Below, in pieces: positions 47,040 through 60,589 of a DNA stretch of 64,000 bases. Positions within the stretch are counted from its first letter, which is position 1, and every line of letters begins with the position of its first letter. Under the pieces are notes generated by a model. The model saw only the letters and a list, made by a program, of their open reading frames with translations. It made no database searches and had not been told where the DNA came from. The position numbers were made by a program, and so were the translations under genes. Location: contig NW_003314296.1 in the NCBI RefSeq assembly GCF_000143415.4, positions 372,001 through 436,000 of the forward strand, read 5' to 3'. The stretch comes from Selaginella moellendorffii (lineage: Eukaryota; Plantae; Lycopodiophyta).

Positions 47040-47753
47040 AAAGAGGAAAATCTGGTTGAGTGCAGGAACCTACGGTAATTCTTCCAGATAATCAGTTTGC
47101 TATTGCTCTTTCAGAAATCAGAGATATTACACCAGGACAAAGCATATATGGGAAGATCAGATTGCTGATTTTATTCACAAACGCTTGGAGTGTGAACTGT
47201 ACCTTATGCTTGGTTCTAGGGAATTGGGAGAATGGAGTTATAACCAAATGCGAGCAAGACCAGATAGACAGTACATGATCCAGTTGCTTTCTACGGGAAG
47301 AACTTTAGACCACCAACCTACAGAAAATCAAATTATGTGGTTTTTGACATCGGTACGAAAAGTACATTTCTGATCAATCAGCTTTACCAGCCAATCATCC
47401 AAGAAATCAATAAGTACTTTGAGACGGAGTTGGGCTATGTGAAAACGGGCGTAGAGGTACGTGCTACACCCCAGATGGGCAACGGCATATACACCCCGAC
47501 CACGATTCAACCCAATCACGTTTCACTTCGAGGGTGGCGATTTTACTGTAAGTTCAAAAGACCATTCAGTTTTATTGCTTGGAAACTCTTTCTTTTTTTC
47601 TTATTAAACCAGGTTAAACAACTAAACTTCATCACAGTGGCATCCTTAGAAATCAAGGACGACGAAGAGGGCGATGCAATTATGGGGATCTTTGGCTACG
47701 CAATGCAGCGAGATCATATGATTGTATATGATCTTAACAAGCTTATGGAATAA
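47040..47753 (+). pseudogene. C-terminal fragment of a pepsin-like (A1, nepenthesin/CDR1-type) aspartic protease
   Basis: MVFDIGTKSTFL (second catalytic DS/TG motif altered) and GIFGYAMQRDHMIVYDL. The N-terminal lobe is missing or broken. Confidence 0.7.
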
Positions 47754-47889
47754 ACTTCAGGTTAGAAAGAGCTGGAGAATGTATAAGATGATGCACATAT
47801 GATTATATATGATCTGGAGGAGTATGGTCCTTAACAAGCTTATGGAATAAACTTCAGGCTAGAAAGAGCTTAAGAATGTATAGGATCGA

Positions 47890-48102
47890 GGCATATGCCT
47901 CACGGATCCGCGAGTGTGGGAGCCTCAAGTCTCTCAAAGATGCTAGGGACCTGCACGGGCATCTCGCCAGCTATGGCTTCGATACCCGGGCAATCTCCTG
48001 GTAAGAATGTATGGCGACTGTGGCAGCATCCAAGACGCCCGCGCTGCCTTCGCCAGGATCATCGATCGCAATGTCTACTCCTGGACGATCCTTCTCGCTG
48101 CC
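47890..48102 (+). pseudogene. PLS PPR N-terminal fragment
   Basis: YASRIRECGSLKSLKDARDLHGH, then a frameshift to MYGDCGSIQDARAAFARIIDRNVYSWTILLAA. Confidence 0.8.
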
Positions 48103-48273
48103 AGGCGGTGGATTCCACCACTGATTGCCATGCGGGAGCTGCGAGCCCTAAAAACATGTAACAATAAATCAACTGATTCCCATAACCTCGTTGTGTTAAA
48201 ACGGCTGTTAACAAGTTACCATATATGGTTTACCAATATATATACCATGCTTTTCGAGTAACCCTATGCTAGT

Positions 48274-49214
48274 ATGGATTTAATTGTGGCGATATTTGTG
48301 TTGGCCATGGTTACTCAAGGTGCACAAAGTAAAATAACAAGATCAGGTATGTTGATGGGAACTTCAATTCTTTCCATGTATTAAAAACAAATTAAGGTCC
48401 TTGTTATCGTAATTTACATATTCCACCGACTGAGCTCGAAAAGATGACTGCTCAAAAATACCTTGATGAGATGGACGTAAATAGAGATGGCAATATTACT
48501 AGGGAAGAGGCTGATGCATGGTTTGATAAGCAGCATGACATCCGTGACCAATTCACCTGGCAACGTAAAGACAGAAATAAGGATGGTGTTTTAGGTTGGT
48601 ATGAGTATGCCATGGATTATTTGGATTGGAAGATGATGATGCTACCCAGGGCAATCCCATACAAAAACTTTGAATTTCAGTTTTTCCCATTACCAGAAAA
48701 CTATCATCGATCTTATTATGATGCTTGTGATGAAAATGGTGATGGGGTTCTTAATTGGGTGGAGTTCAAGAACTGCCTGAGCCCAGAGAGGATCAAGGAC
48801 AAAAGTGGCAGAAAATTGCAAATGTGGTTGTACAACGTGCAAGATGCAAACAAAGATGGGAGGATCGACTTCAGCGAGTTTAGCCAAGCTTTTGTTTACT
48901 ACCACCATAACAACTTTTGTACACATCGAGAACCTAACAATGAGACTGAAATCTTCATGAGGTTCAACTCAATCGACAGAGATCATGATGGTTTCTTGAC
49001 TCCAGCTGATGGGCTTGCAGAGATTTTAGCAGCATATGAGGCTCCCCGAGATCCAAGCTTGTATGAGGCATGTCTCAAAGCAAAAGAGATTGTTCCATTC
49101 CCATTGGCAAGCTTGAAGGTGGAAGAGATTCTGGCTACAGACTGGATTGCAAAGCTGATTCTGTTAGCAAAAGCAGATCGATCTCGGTTTGATGCCCTGT
49201 TCATGTGTGGCTAA
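48274..49214 (+). CDS. Secreted multi-EF-hand Ca2+-binding protein (calumenin/CREC-like), copy 2
   Basis: Signal-peptide exon MDLIVAIFVLAMVTQGAQS, a GT-AG intron, then an open frame with five EF-hand loops. Near-identical to copy 1 in inverted orientation. Confidence 0.9.
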
Positions 49215-52200
49215 TTATTTTTCTGAATTTCCATTTTCTAATTTTGGCTTTCATTGAATTCAATCAAGTTTGTAGACTAGCTAAGCATCTATCTATATAT
49301 ATAAGAATGAAGGGAGAAGCCATGGTTCTCAGGAAGGGGAGGCCACCCCAGGCCCGGGCCAGGGCTGGTAGCCATGGTTTGCAAGAATATCGGCTCAATG
49401 TTGTGGCAACCAATGGGTGGCATGCATGTGTGGCTGGGAAGGGAAGAGGGTGTGGTGACATGTTACACCATGCACTCCTAGGGTTCTATAGCTGCTCTGC
49501 TTGTTTGCGGTGCATGAGCAGCACCACAGGCAGGGCTGGTGAGGGAGTGCGCCAACCATTCAATCCAGCTTTTGTGGCCTGGGGCCTCTCTAAATTGCTG
49601 TTCAATTATGCATGTTGGCACTGATGGATTGAGCTAGGTAGATGAATCGATTCCTAGTGTAAGATTTCCCTGTTCTTGACACGGTGAAAGTTGGCGCGGA
49701 TTTGCATATTTGCTGTCTACAAGGTGGTGGAGAGAAGCTATGGAGATTCTGATTTCTCAGTCTTCCTTGTGTCCCAGTCATAGTCACTAGGGAACTCACC
49801 TCCTATGTCTGCTTGGAGATGAGGCCGAGTTACTTTCCTTCTCTCACAGATGTCTTCTTTCTTTCTGTAACCAAAATTATTTTGAAGGCCTAATGGCATG
49901 TGCACTAACAAAATGGTGCTGGATCAGGAGCAAATGCATCGAAGTTATTAGACTTTTCTTTTGCAAGTTTGCTGAATGTTTCATTAATTACAGTGAGATC
50001 AAAGTGTGAGGACATATGTTAGAACCAGTCATAGAAGTAAAGTCACTATACACATATTTACAGTGAAATGTTTTCACCCTGTAGCTTCTCTCTGCCACCA
50101 TCTTGCCTGTGAGATGGATGAGCAAGTTGTGAATCCATGCTGGCCTTAAATTTTATCACATCGAGGAGTGTGCACAGCACGGTTCATGGCAATTACCACT
50201 CATCACATCCATCTTTGCAATGTGGCTACAAGTGAGTGATCCTTTTCTTATTTCAAGCCTCTTGATTCCATACATCTGGATGTGTAATTGCGAAGTTCCT
50301 GTGATTGCTAACTTTCCAGAGATTGTCCGGTCTCTCTGATGACTTCCTGATGCTCATGAAGAAAATCCTGTGATTCCTATCTGAATGCATCAGTCTCCCT
50401 GCGGACTACTTCGAGAAATGCTTTGGAGTTCCCAATGAATTCATCCTGGTGAACCACTATCCAGGTTGTCCAGAACTCAGCATCGAGCCCCATTCCCACT
50501 TTGGAGGACTCACATTGCTCTTTTAGGGTGGCATTCCCGGCCTCCAAGTTCTCCAGAACAACACCTCGCTGGTCGTCAAGCCCATCCTGGGAGCTATCAC
50601 CATTAACATCAATGATCTCCTTGAGGTAAAGTCAAGGTAAAGTTCTTTCTGTTCTGCTCTATCCATCTCTAAACTTACTCGAGATGAGTAAGTTGCTCGA
50701 CTCAGGAGAGGAGAATATTGCTGCACACTCTATAACTGAAATGCTTGGGTGGGTGGTGGATAGTGTACTCATGACTGTCGCTAGGCGTACGAAGTGGACT
50801 TGATTCCATCATCACTGTTTTAGTAAGAAACAGAAAATATCTCTTTATTTGTTGTATTTTTATAATATTATGTTTCTACCAATACCATCTTATATCCCAC
50901 AGACAAGGTGCATCATTTTTATTAGGTACTTCCATGCAACGTGTCAGAATTTACTCATGCATTGGTTTCACATTATATGTTGAATCGTGTGTTGAACATT
51001 CCATTCCAAAAGTTCCTCTTTTTGTCTTTTTGTCCCTGCTCCAAGAATGGATTACACACTTTTGTGCTCAAGCAATGATGCAGTTCATTATCTCTCTACT
51101 CTATCACATCTTTAAAAAGTAAACAACAGTAAATCCTATGTGTCAGATCAGAGCCTAGGGGATGTCTGTAGTAAGTTTCTAAATCTACAAGTAGGTATGT
51201 TGTTGATCTAAAAAAAGTTTTATTTAACTCTATGCAATGTTATAGTAACTCTTGAACTTGGAAACATGATTAGAAACAATGTCAATGTTAGTGAGCACAA
51301 TGGCATTCCTGGTAATTTAATATGACCTTTGTTTGCTTCTGTTATAACAATGTAATGGTTGATTTAGAATTACAGGGGATGCAAACTTAAACCCCACATG
51401 ACATTAGTGATATGCTTTATTATTTTGTTTATTTTGATATCTCTTTTAACTTTTGACTGACGTGCATCGACATTGCCTAATTTTTATATTTTGGTTATCT
51501 TTTGATGTAATCGCTATATCTTTAGGTATGTTACAAACTTTTTATAGCCATTTGCCTTGCTTAAACATAGATTCAATAGGATCAAATTTACTTCCAGAAC
51601 CGAATAATGTCAATGAGAACAACCTTGGCTCAAGAGAGTCTTCTTTTCACCAGCCAACAACAGACAATAGTTGTGGTATCTAATAGTTTTTATTTAATTT
51701 GTTTTATAGAAAACTAATGGTAAGAAAATTATAGTGGACGTAAATTCCAATGGTGCACATGACATTAGTGGTATGTTCTATTATTTCATTTATGTTTTGG
51801 TGTTTCTTTTAACTGTATGTTTTCACAGGTATGTTAAAATGTTGTGTACTTGCCATATAATAAGATTATATTTTGTTGCACAAGGATTGCATGGGAGCAA
51901 AAACAACTTTCCACTTGTTCACCTTACACAAACACTTACCACTCTAAGTACATTTACTTCTACACGTGCATAGTTATTTCTTTGATAATATGTCTCTTAG
52001 CACCCTGCTACAGCGAGCAAATGACCTGCAGATCATTGTGACTACCTTGGCTCAACATTAGAAGCTAGGCTATGAACAGGTAATCAACATTTATTCACTT
52101 CATATTCTCATTTCTCATTAGTTATTCTTGCAGCTAAGTGTTGAATTTGTGATATCCCACAAGATAGTTTATGGTGTTCAATTTTGTATTACAGATTTAC

Positions 52201-53479
52201 AGCTTCTATCTGGCAATCAACCACTTCTACTATATGCATTATCCCACTATGGAACTTGTGACATGTTTTGCAACAGCCCACGCAGGATTGGATGCCCATC
52301 TTTCCTCAACATTGACTTCACAGACATTGGTGGTGTTCATGTTGTGACCGCTTCTCTCTCCTGACTCGCAGTAGATCAATTTGGCAGTTTATTCTTACAG
52401 AGTAAGTGGCTCTGCATGCAACACTTCAAAGTTAAAATGAAGAACCCAAAGTTCCATAGAGGGTCTCATAGATATGCTATTAATATCACCACCTCTTCTT
52501 TGGTTTGTGAGTTCCCACCACTAAGGCCTCTTGTGCTGGATATAGTTCCAATTTCCAGCTTGGTTCTTTTACATGACTTTGCACTAGAAGCTAGATAGTC
52601 AACATTCTGTAGTGTCACTGCAGCTATTTCTTCAGTTGACTTGAATGAGTAAAGCACAAATATTATATGTGTTGCTGATGACTTTGAACATGTCTTCAAG
52701 GTATGTGTGCACTTTCACTTTCACCTACCATTAACAATGACAATGCATAGATTCAAGTTTTGGCAAATATGTCTTTTGTCTATGATGAAATCAAATCACA
52801 ATAGTTTGGACAAGAAAGGCCAATCAAGATCTTTTAGGCACTAGTGACCGAGGCATTTCAAGATAGCATTTTGTAATCTACCAGGTGGGTGCCATAGAAT
52901 GCTATTCAGGAGCATCTAAAATCAATTGCTTTTATGTACCGATGGGAGTTTGATGGGTTATGTATGTGCTTCAGATCATATTTTTTACTATAATTTTCTT
53001 TTTCTAGGTTAATGGATGCTTTGTGCCATTAGGCTCTTGAGATATTTCTGTCTCGGTGGGATGTTGTGCTTGCCACAAATTCAGGATTTGCAAGCTCAAT
53101 TCTCAGCTTGGTCATTGCATTGAGTGCAATGATGACCACCCATTCTTCAAGGTCATACGTGTTCATGGCAATTTAATCTGTGCTCATAACAGCTCTTCAG
53201 TACATGCCAGACAGTCCTCATCTAGAAGGTCACTTTCTTCTATCCACTCCCATAAAAGACATATCCAAGGTCATGGCCTTTGAACCAAGGTAAATATGTC
53301 AAGGAAAAAAAAATTTGCTCTAAGAAAAAAGGGATAAAAAAAATTGTAATTGGATTGTGATATGTGTGTATAGTTAGTAAAACTGAGCTTCCTACATTAA
53401 ATTCTAGGGTTCCAAGTTCAACACCTCGCTGGTTGTTCAGCCCATCCCAGGAGCAATCACCATGATCTCCATCACTTCC

Positions 53480-54262
53480 ATCCAGGGTTTGGATGGAAAT
53501 GTACTTAATCCTTTCATCCTATACATGCTCCCCCTTGAGAGCCTCTGTCTCCAGCAAGTAGCACAGCATGTTGTTCACGTTGTCCTGAAGATGTTACACG
53601 CCTCCATCACCCGGAAGTAGCTAAATCCCATGGACAGGAGGACGCAGACATTGCTACTCCTGTTTATCACAGCAGAGTATGTGAGACTTACTGATCCACC
53701 AACGTGAGAACCGCCAGTGCTTTCAGATGCCCTCAACACTGGGAAGCAAGCAAGCAAGCAAGCGCGGGTAAGAGTTTTTAAAATGGTATGGAAGTAGCTC
53801 CTTACCTCCAGAAGATGGTGGTCCTCCTGCAGCCGAAGAGGATGTCTCCTCAGACAAGTGCCTGATCTGCTGGTGGTGCTCCTTAGTTCTATCCAGGGTT
53901 TAGATGGAAGTGTACTTGATCCTTTCATCCTATACATGCTCTCCCCCTTGAGAGCCTCCATCTCCAGCAAGTAGCATAGCATGTTGTTCATGTTGTCCCA
54001 AAGATGCTACACGCCTCCATCACCCGGAAGTGACTAAATCCCATGGACAGAAGGACGCGGTGGTCCTCCTCGGCAAGGTACTTTGCTCGAGATGCCTCCA
54101 TCACCATCCTTTTGATCTCTTGCTCAGTCAGTTCCAAGTCGGAGTAGAACTGGCCTTCGGCCAGAAGAGCCTGTAAAACATAGGCAGCTGTTAGATCATT
54201 TCAATCTGTTGGTCCTGTTGTGTGCGGATAGCAGCCTTCGCCTGATCTCTGTCGACATTGTT
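53480..54262 (-). pseudogene. OTLD1: Captured 3' exons of OTU deubiquitinase OTLD1 (UIM-like helix plus UBA domain), with two tandem UBA copies
   Basis: NVDRDQAKAAIRTQQDQQIE, ALLAEGQFYSDLELTEQEIKRMVMEASRAKYLA, VLLSMGFS.FRVMEAC.IF.DN.NNMLCYLLE match the recalled OTLD1 C-terminus. The intron acceptor TTTTACAG is retained and no OTU catalytic domain is seen. Confidence 0.8.
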
Positions 54263-54324
54263 CAATAAGCAAAAAATATTAGATCTGAGTCAGTGAAACA
54301 TTTTATCACTTCCAACTACATCTG

Positions 54325-54481
54325 CTTGTTCCATTCGCCTCCGGAACTCATAGACGAGGAGCACCCCCAGCTCTACAAGCCTATCAAATATGGAGACTAC
54401 GTTCAGGAGGTGGTGAAGAAGCGTCCAACTGGAAAGGCTTGCATGTTTATCAACCACGACATGCTCCTCCCAAAGCATTGA
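54325..54481 (+). pseudogene. Captured C-terminal fragment of a 2-oxoglutarate/Fe(II) dioxygenase
   Basis: PPELIDEEHPQLYKPIKYGDYV is the typical plant 2OGD C-terminal motif. No upstream exons were found. Confidence 0.7.
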
Positions 54482-56799
54482 CAGAAGCTGCAACAGCTAC
54501 CTCCTACTGATACATGGTACAGTTGAAAGCAAAGACTTTTAGCATTTCCTGATTATAGAAACTCATAAAAACTGAACATATTCTAATAATCACTTCTCTA
54601 GGGCTTCATAGCTTCCCTACGGTTATGGCATTGCGGCAATGCTATAGCATTCTGGGTATGGTGCCATGGCAGTAGGCCTGTGCACAAATGAGCCTGGCAT
54701 GCCCAGGCGCGAGTGAGCCCCAGCAATGCAGGGCATTTGTTTTGGCGCTCTGATTTGCCTCTCAAATTGAAGGTAAGTGTGGCTTAAGTCGTTCACAATG
54801 GGAAGCAGTCCTTTTCAACCATGCATGCTCCAGGGCTTTCTCAGGTGTGTCGGATGCTGTGCCAGGTAACCTGATGCTGGCGTAGGAGCAGCAGTTGGGA
54901 CTGCAACTCAAAATTGTAAAGCTGTGGATTATGGGGCAGAGATTGGGAAAGACAACATTAGAGCTATTTTGTTGTTCTTGAGTGTGCTTCGCAAAATTCT
55001 AGACTTTCTTTCCACCACATATTTAGTTTTCACTCTAATATTTTCCTTTCAGATCATTTCTATTCTACATAAACTTCTATACAAATTCAATTAAATTTTT
55101 TTTATATATAAGCTTTAAATCTATAATCAAATTGACTAAAAATGCCTCGCCTCCGACATCTTTTGAGAGCCATATGACATACTAACAAATCTAATGGAGA
55201 TTTAGATGCCTCTGAAACCATGATTGATCATGATACACATACTATAGCTATTCATAATAATCATGATAATGATTATATACACCAACATATTAATCATAAT
55301 AATGATTATCAGTTGGACATTTAAAAGCATCTGAAAGCTTACATGCATGTCATTATGATAATTACATACATCAAACAATATTAAATCAACCATTCCCACC
55401 CATTAATACCACACTAGCAAGCCATAGCATTTATAATGACTTTAACATAATAAATTTTAATATTGGTAGTTTATCATTTGTTTGTACTTTTTGTAATGCA
55501 TTGCATTTTAAAGATGAAAACTCTTCAATGTATTGCCAGAATAACTAAGTTATATTACCTCCAAATTCACCTTTACCATTTGATTTACTTTCACTTTAAA
55601 AGTAAAATAAGAACTCTAATTTTAGAACAAATATTAGACACTACAATTGTGCTCTTGCTTTTGCATCTATGTCTTCTAATGTTGATATTGTAAAAGGTCA
55701 TAGTCTTTATTGCTTTAAAATCTATGGTCAAATATATCATAATATTGTGTCAGCACATCTTTCCAAATGTCAATATTGAACTTATGGACAACTTTATATG
55801 CTTGACACTCTAAAAGCTACAGATATAAGAAAGTAGAACCCTTTCAATTCAAGCTGTGAGACAAACTTACTTAAACATCTTAATGTTTTCCTTTGTTATG
55901 TTAACCTATATGCTTAAGTTTTCAAAATGATGTATGAAATGGATCAAGAAGAAATTTGTTCTGCTACACTTTTAGGTTACCCCATACATGGTGTTTACAT
56001 GTTATTAAAAACGGAAAGAATTGATTCATAATGCTATAATGCACCACGAACAAATGATGTTGTTGTTGTGTTTGTTAGTGATGAACTACATAGTTGTGAA
56101 ATTTGTATATATTCAACTGTAAGCAATTCTAAATGTATCTCAACACTTGATTATAATTGTGATCTAATAGTTTACCCATTAATATTTTCTTTTAGTGACA
56201 AAGGCTGACACAAAAATATTTTTAATTTGCAATATCTAATTACATTACTCTAATATTATGCATACCATTTATCTATAAGAGACATAATACAGCTTGGTTT
56301 TGATCAAATTTTACATGTAGGCAAACTCACACAACAATATATAGTTGATGCTTATGTAATAGTTGAAAACAATAATTTGAATTACTATTGCTCTCATTAG
56401 AAACAATTGCGAGGTACATTGGACTTATGGATTATGTTGCAAAATAAAAATTTAAGCATATATAAGATTAATATTTAACTCTATTTTGTCACTAATAACA
56501 CTCTTTTTTCTAGCAAAATAAGTTTATTCATGGGAGATTGTTTGTTGGTCAAGTGACTTCAAACAATCAATGCCCTTTCATCTTTAAGATGTCAACTTTT
56601 AGTCTTGCTTTTGGTGTGGATTTTGTACAACAAATAGATATGGATGGAAATAGAGATTTAATTAATTCCTGGATCCATTTTGATCACATAGAATGAGATT
56701 CAAATTAGTCAATTATGGGAGCCTATATTTATGATCATAAGTGGTTTTTCATTTTTTAGGATTCCATATTAGTTTAATTTCTTCTATAAGTTGTTATGC

Positions 56800-58565
56800 A
56801 ATTTAACTATAGCTATAGCCAAATTCAAGATCTAAGATTTCTAAATTCAAACCATCTTTTGAACATATATATCTGAAGTTGTTGAATAGCGAACCAGGAA
56901 GAAACCCAACTTCTATGGTTTCATGGCAAATGTTACTAGTGCTAACTAGTTGGTTGTGTGCTAAGTGTTTGGAGGTGATGAAAGTCAACCATTACAAGGT
57001 AGAGAGAAGAGTTATGAGTTTCATTAGGCAAAGAGTGTCAATGAACATTGCCAATGCATCAAGTTTTAACTTTCATCACGAGTTCAAATAATTTTGTCGA
57101 GAATGGATGGAAGCACCAACTAAAGCGGAGCACGAGGCAAAAGCAAATGAGATGTGCATATAGTGGCATGAAGGAGACAAAATGCCCATTAAATGCCTTC
57201 CACAAAATGCTAGCTTGTATGGAGGGAAATTTGAATATTTCAATAGGGCCATTATATTCTCCATAGAAGTTTTTTCTCTTTTTTTTTTCTTGTCACATTC
57301 AAATTGCATTTTTCCTAGAATCAACCACTTGATGATATTGCATTTACACCAATAATTAATCTCTCTAAGAGCAAATATTGAAGTTGAAAAACTTCTAAAG
57401 CAAAGAAAGGAAAAGTGTCCCTCTATAAAGTTATGCCTTCTTACCTCACTAGATCTCTTGAGTAGTGATCAAAAGTTTTGGCAGCACAAGAAGCAAAAAT
57501 TTCTAATATAGGTCCAAACTTAAACAAGTTTTAAAAGCGGGTTGATAGAAGGATAATACCAACAACAAAATCAATATCTAAAATGGTGAAGGAAGTTGTT
57601 GCTGAAATTCTTATGGAATCAAGTTATAAACCACTTAGGGATATGAGGACAATTTGTATGAAGCATCAACAAACATTTGATGGGCTCAATATCACTCCTT
57701 CCAACTCTCACCATCTAGAGTTTAACTACCATTTAATTCCATGACATTAGAGGATAACTAAGGAACATGGAATGGAGGAGGTGCTAATTATTACACAACT
57801 ATATTTAATGTTAGATGTTGAGAAGATTATTGCTTATGAGCCAATTTCTTGTATCAACTAGGCAATTTGAAGAATTAGTGCCAAGAGTAATGTATATTGC
57901 TCCGGAATGATTGAGAGTTGAGGTTAGTGTCTTGCATTTGTGTGCTCAAATTCAAGTTCTTCAGCAATACCATGTTTTTAGGGCTGTCAAGATCTAAGAG
58001 TAAAAAGTTGTCAATCAAGCTGGATTTATTGTTATGGGATTAATGTTACTCATACAAACTGGATCCATAGCTCAATTATCTCAAAGCTAAATTCCGTGTT
58101 AAAGGAGTGGTTAGTTGAGCAAAGTTGCAATCTTTTGAAAGAAAAGATTGAAAGTCTAGAGAAAGTAGGTTTCAAATTGAAGACTTCCTCAAATGTTGTT
58201 GTTGATACTACTATGCCATTAATGTCAATATTAGACTAGCATACATGACCAACTAGAAATGGAAAGGCCAAAGAATATAGGTCTTCCATTTCGAAAGATA
58301 AGATCAAGCTAGCAAAGGTGTTGAAATGCACAATCACAAGGATAAACTACATTAGTGTTATGGCTAAAGAGTTTGTTGTTGTGACTAAGTCGTCAAAGGG
58401 TACCAACTACACTATTAGAATTTGTGAAGATCCATTATGTGCCTATCTAGATTTTACACAAAGGGAGAATAAGAGAAAGGTATATTTAGTCTGCAAACAC
58501 ATCTATTACATTTTTATGTAGAAACTAAACCAAAATCCTAAGATTGACCATCACATCCACCAGTA
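56800..58565 (+). pseudogene. Decayed unidentified coding region ending in a SWIM zinc finger (transposon-associated)
   Basis: YTIRICEDPLCAYLDF...CKHIYYIF at 58408-58517 fits a degraded CxC-xn-CxH SWIM motif. The upstream part is stop-riddled and was not identified. Confidence 0.55.
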
Positions 58566-60589
58566 AAGCTTTACAATTGTGAAACTTTAGAAGTGCTTTT
58601 AGTTTTCTTTTAGTATTCAGATCTATATTTATATTTGTATTTTTTTGGTTTAATTTACTTGGAAATATAGATTAAATCAAAATTTAAACTCTCCCTCTAT
58701 GTAAAATCTGGATAGGCACATAATGGATTTTCACAAATTCTAATAGAGTAGTTGGTACCCTTTGATAACTCAATCACAATAACAAACTCTTTAGCCACAA
58801 CACTAAAATGTGTTGATTTGGGACGAACTAATGTTTTTTTTGTGTTTGAAAAGTCGTGAGCTCAACTCATGAGTTCATGAGCTCAAAACTTACCCAAGCT
58901 CCTCTAAGTACATCTACTTCTATAAGTGCATAGTTACTTCTTTGATAACATGTCTTTTAGCACCCTGCTACAGTGAGCAAAAGACCTATAAATCATGAGT
59001 ACCTTGGCTCAACTTCAAAAGCTAGGCTACCGACAGGTAATCAACCTTTATTCACTTTATATTCTCATTTTTCATTAGTTATTCTTGCAGCTAAGCATCG
59101 AATTTGTGATATCTCACAAGATAGTTTATGGTCCAACAGCCTCTTTGAATCTGGTGACCATTGCTTGCTAGATCGTATTGCAGATTTACAGCTTCTATTT
59201 GGCAATCAACCACTTCTACTATATACATTATCTCGCTATGGAACTTATGACATGTCTTGCAACAGCCCACATAGGATTGAATGCCCATCTTTCCTCGACA
59301 TTGACTTCACAGACATTAGTGGTGTTCATGTTGTGACCACTTCTCTTTCCCGACTTGCAGCAAATCAGTTTATTCTTACAGAGTAAGTGGGCTCTATGTG
59401 CAACATTTCAAAGTTAAAACAAAGAATCCATAGAGGGTCTCACAGATATGCTATTGATATCACCACCTCTTGGTTTATGAGTTCCCACCACTAAAGCCTC
59501 TTGTGCTGGATATAGTTCCAATTTCCAGTTTGGTTCTTTTACATGACTTTGCACTAGAAGCTATACGGTCGAAATTTTGTAGTGTTGCTGCAGCTATTTT
59601 CTCAATTGATGAGCAAAGCACAAATATTATATGTGTTGCTAATGACTTTGAACATGTCTTCAAGGTATATGTGCAGTTTCACTTTCACCTCCCATTAACA
59701 ATTACAATGCATAGATTCAAGTTTTGGCAAATATGTCTTTTGTCTATGATGAAATCAAATCACAATGGTTTGGACAACAAAGGCTAGTCAAGATCTTTTA
59801 CAACCTTGAAGACACCAGTGACCGAGAAGTTTTCAAGATAGCACCTTGCACTATAGTATGTAATCTACCAGGTGGGGTGCCATGGAATGCTATTCACAAG
59901 CATCTAAAATCAATTGCTTTAACGTACTGATGGGAGTTTGATGGGGTATGTACATGCTTCAGATCATATTCTTTTAATTTTCTTTTTCTAGGTTAATGGA
60001 TGCTTTGTGCCGTTAGGCTCTTGAGATATTTCTGTCTCGGTGGGATGTTGTGCTTGCCACAAATTCAGGATTTGCAAGCTCAATTCTCAGCTTGGTTATT
60101 GCATTGAGTGCAATGATGACCACCCATTCTTCAAGGTCATACATTTTCATAGCAATCTAATTTGTTCTCATAACAGCTCTTTAGTACATGTCACAATGAA
60201 TGATGCTCTCATTGACCATGCATATGGCCTAATGCCAGGTGCTTTTCTATGGATGTTTCCTTCAACTGATTTACCAATTGCCACCAAGCTCCTTGAAGGC
60301 AGTCCTCATCCAGAAGGTCGCTTTCTTCTATCAACTCTCATAAATGACATATCCAAGGTCATGGCCTTTGAACCAAGGTAAATATGTCAAGGAAAACAAA
60401 ATTAGCTCTACTATAAAGAGAGAAAAAAGGGACAAAAGAAAAATTGTGTGCTATAATATGATATGTGTGTATAGTTAGTAAAACTGAGTTCCTGCATTAA
60501 ATTCTAAGTTCTCCAGAACAACACCTCATTTGTTGTTCAACCCATCCTGTGAGCAATCACCATCAACATTAGTGATCTCCATCATGTTC

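Larger units (their letters stand above)
49288..56450 (+). mobile_element. Probable Helitron with captured gene fragments and an N-terminal Rep remnant (55400-56440); 3' end not located
   Basis: 5' terminus A|TCTATCTATATATATAAG at 49288. Rep remnants (GQLYMLD, VYPLIFSF, GKLTQQYIVDAYV.VE) are colinear with 24780-25820, including the shared ATACCACACTAGCAAG. Confidence 0.65.

Noticed and set aside
48347-48420. Non-canonical GT-AC intron in the EF-hand genes
   Set aside because: In-frame AG acceptors exist upstream in both copies (AATTAAG|GT in copy 2 and TTGCAG|AA in copy 1).
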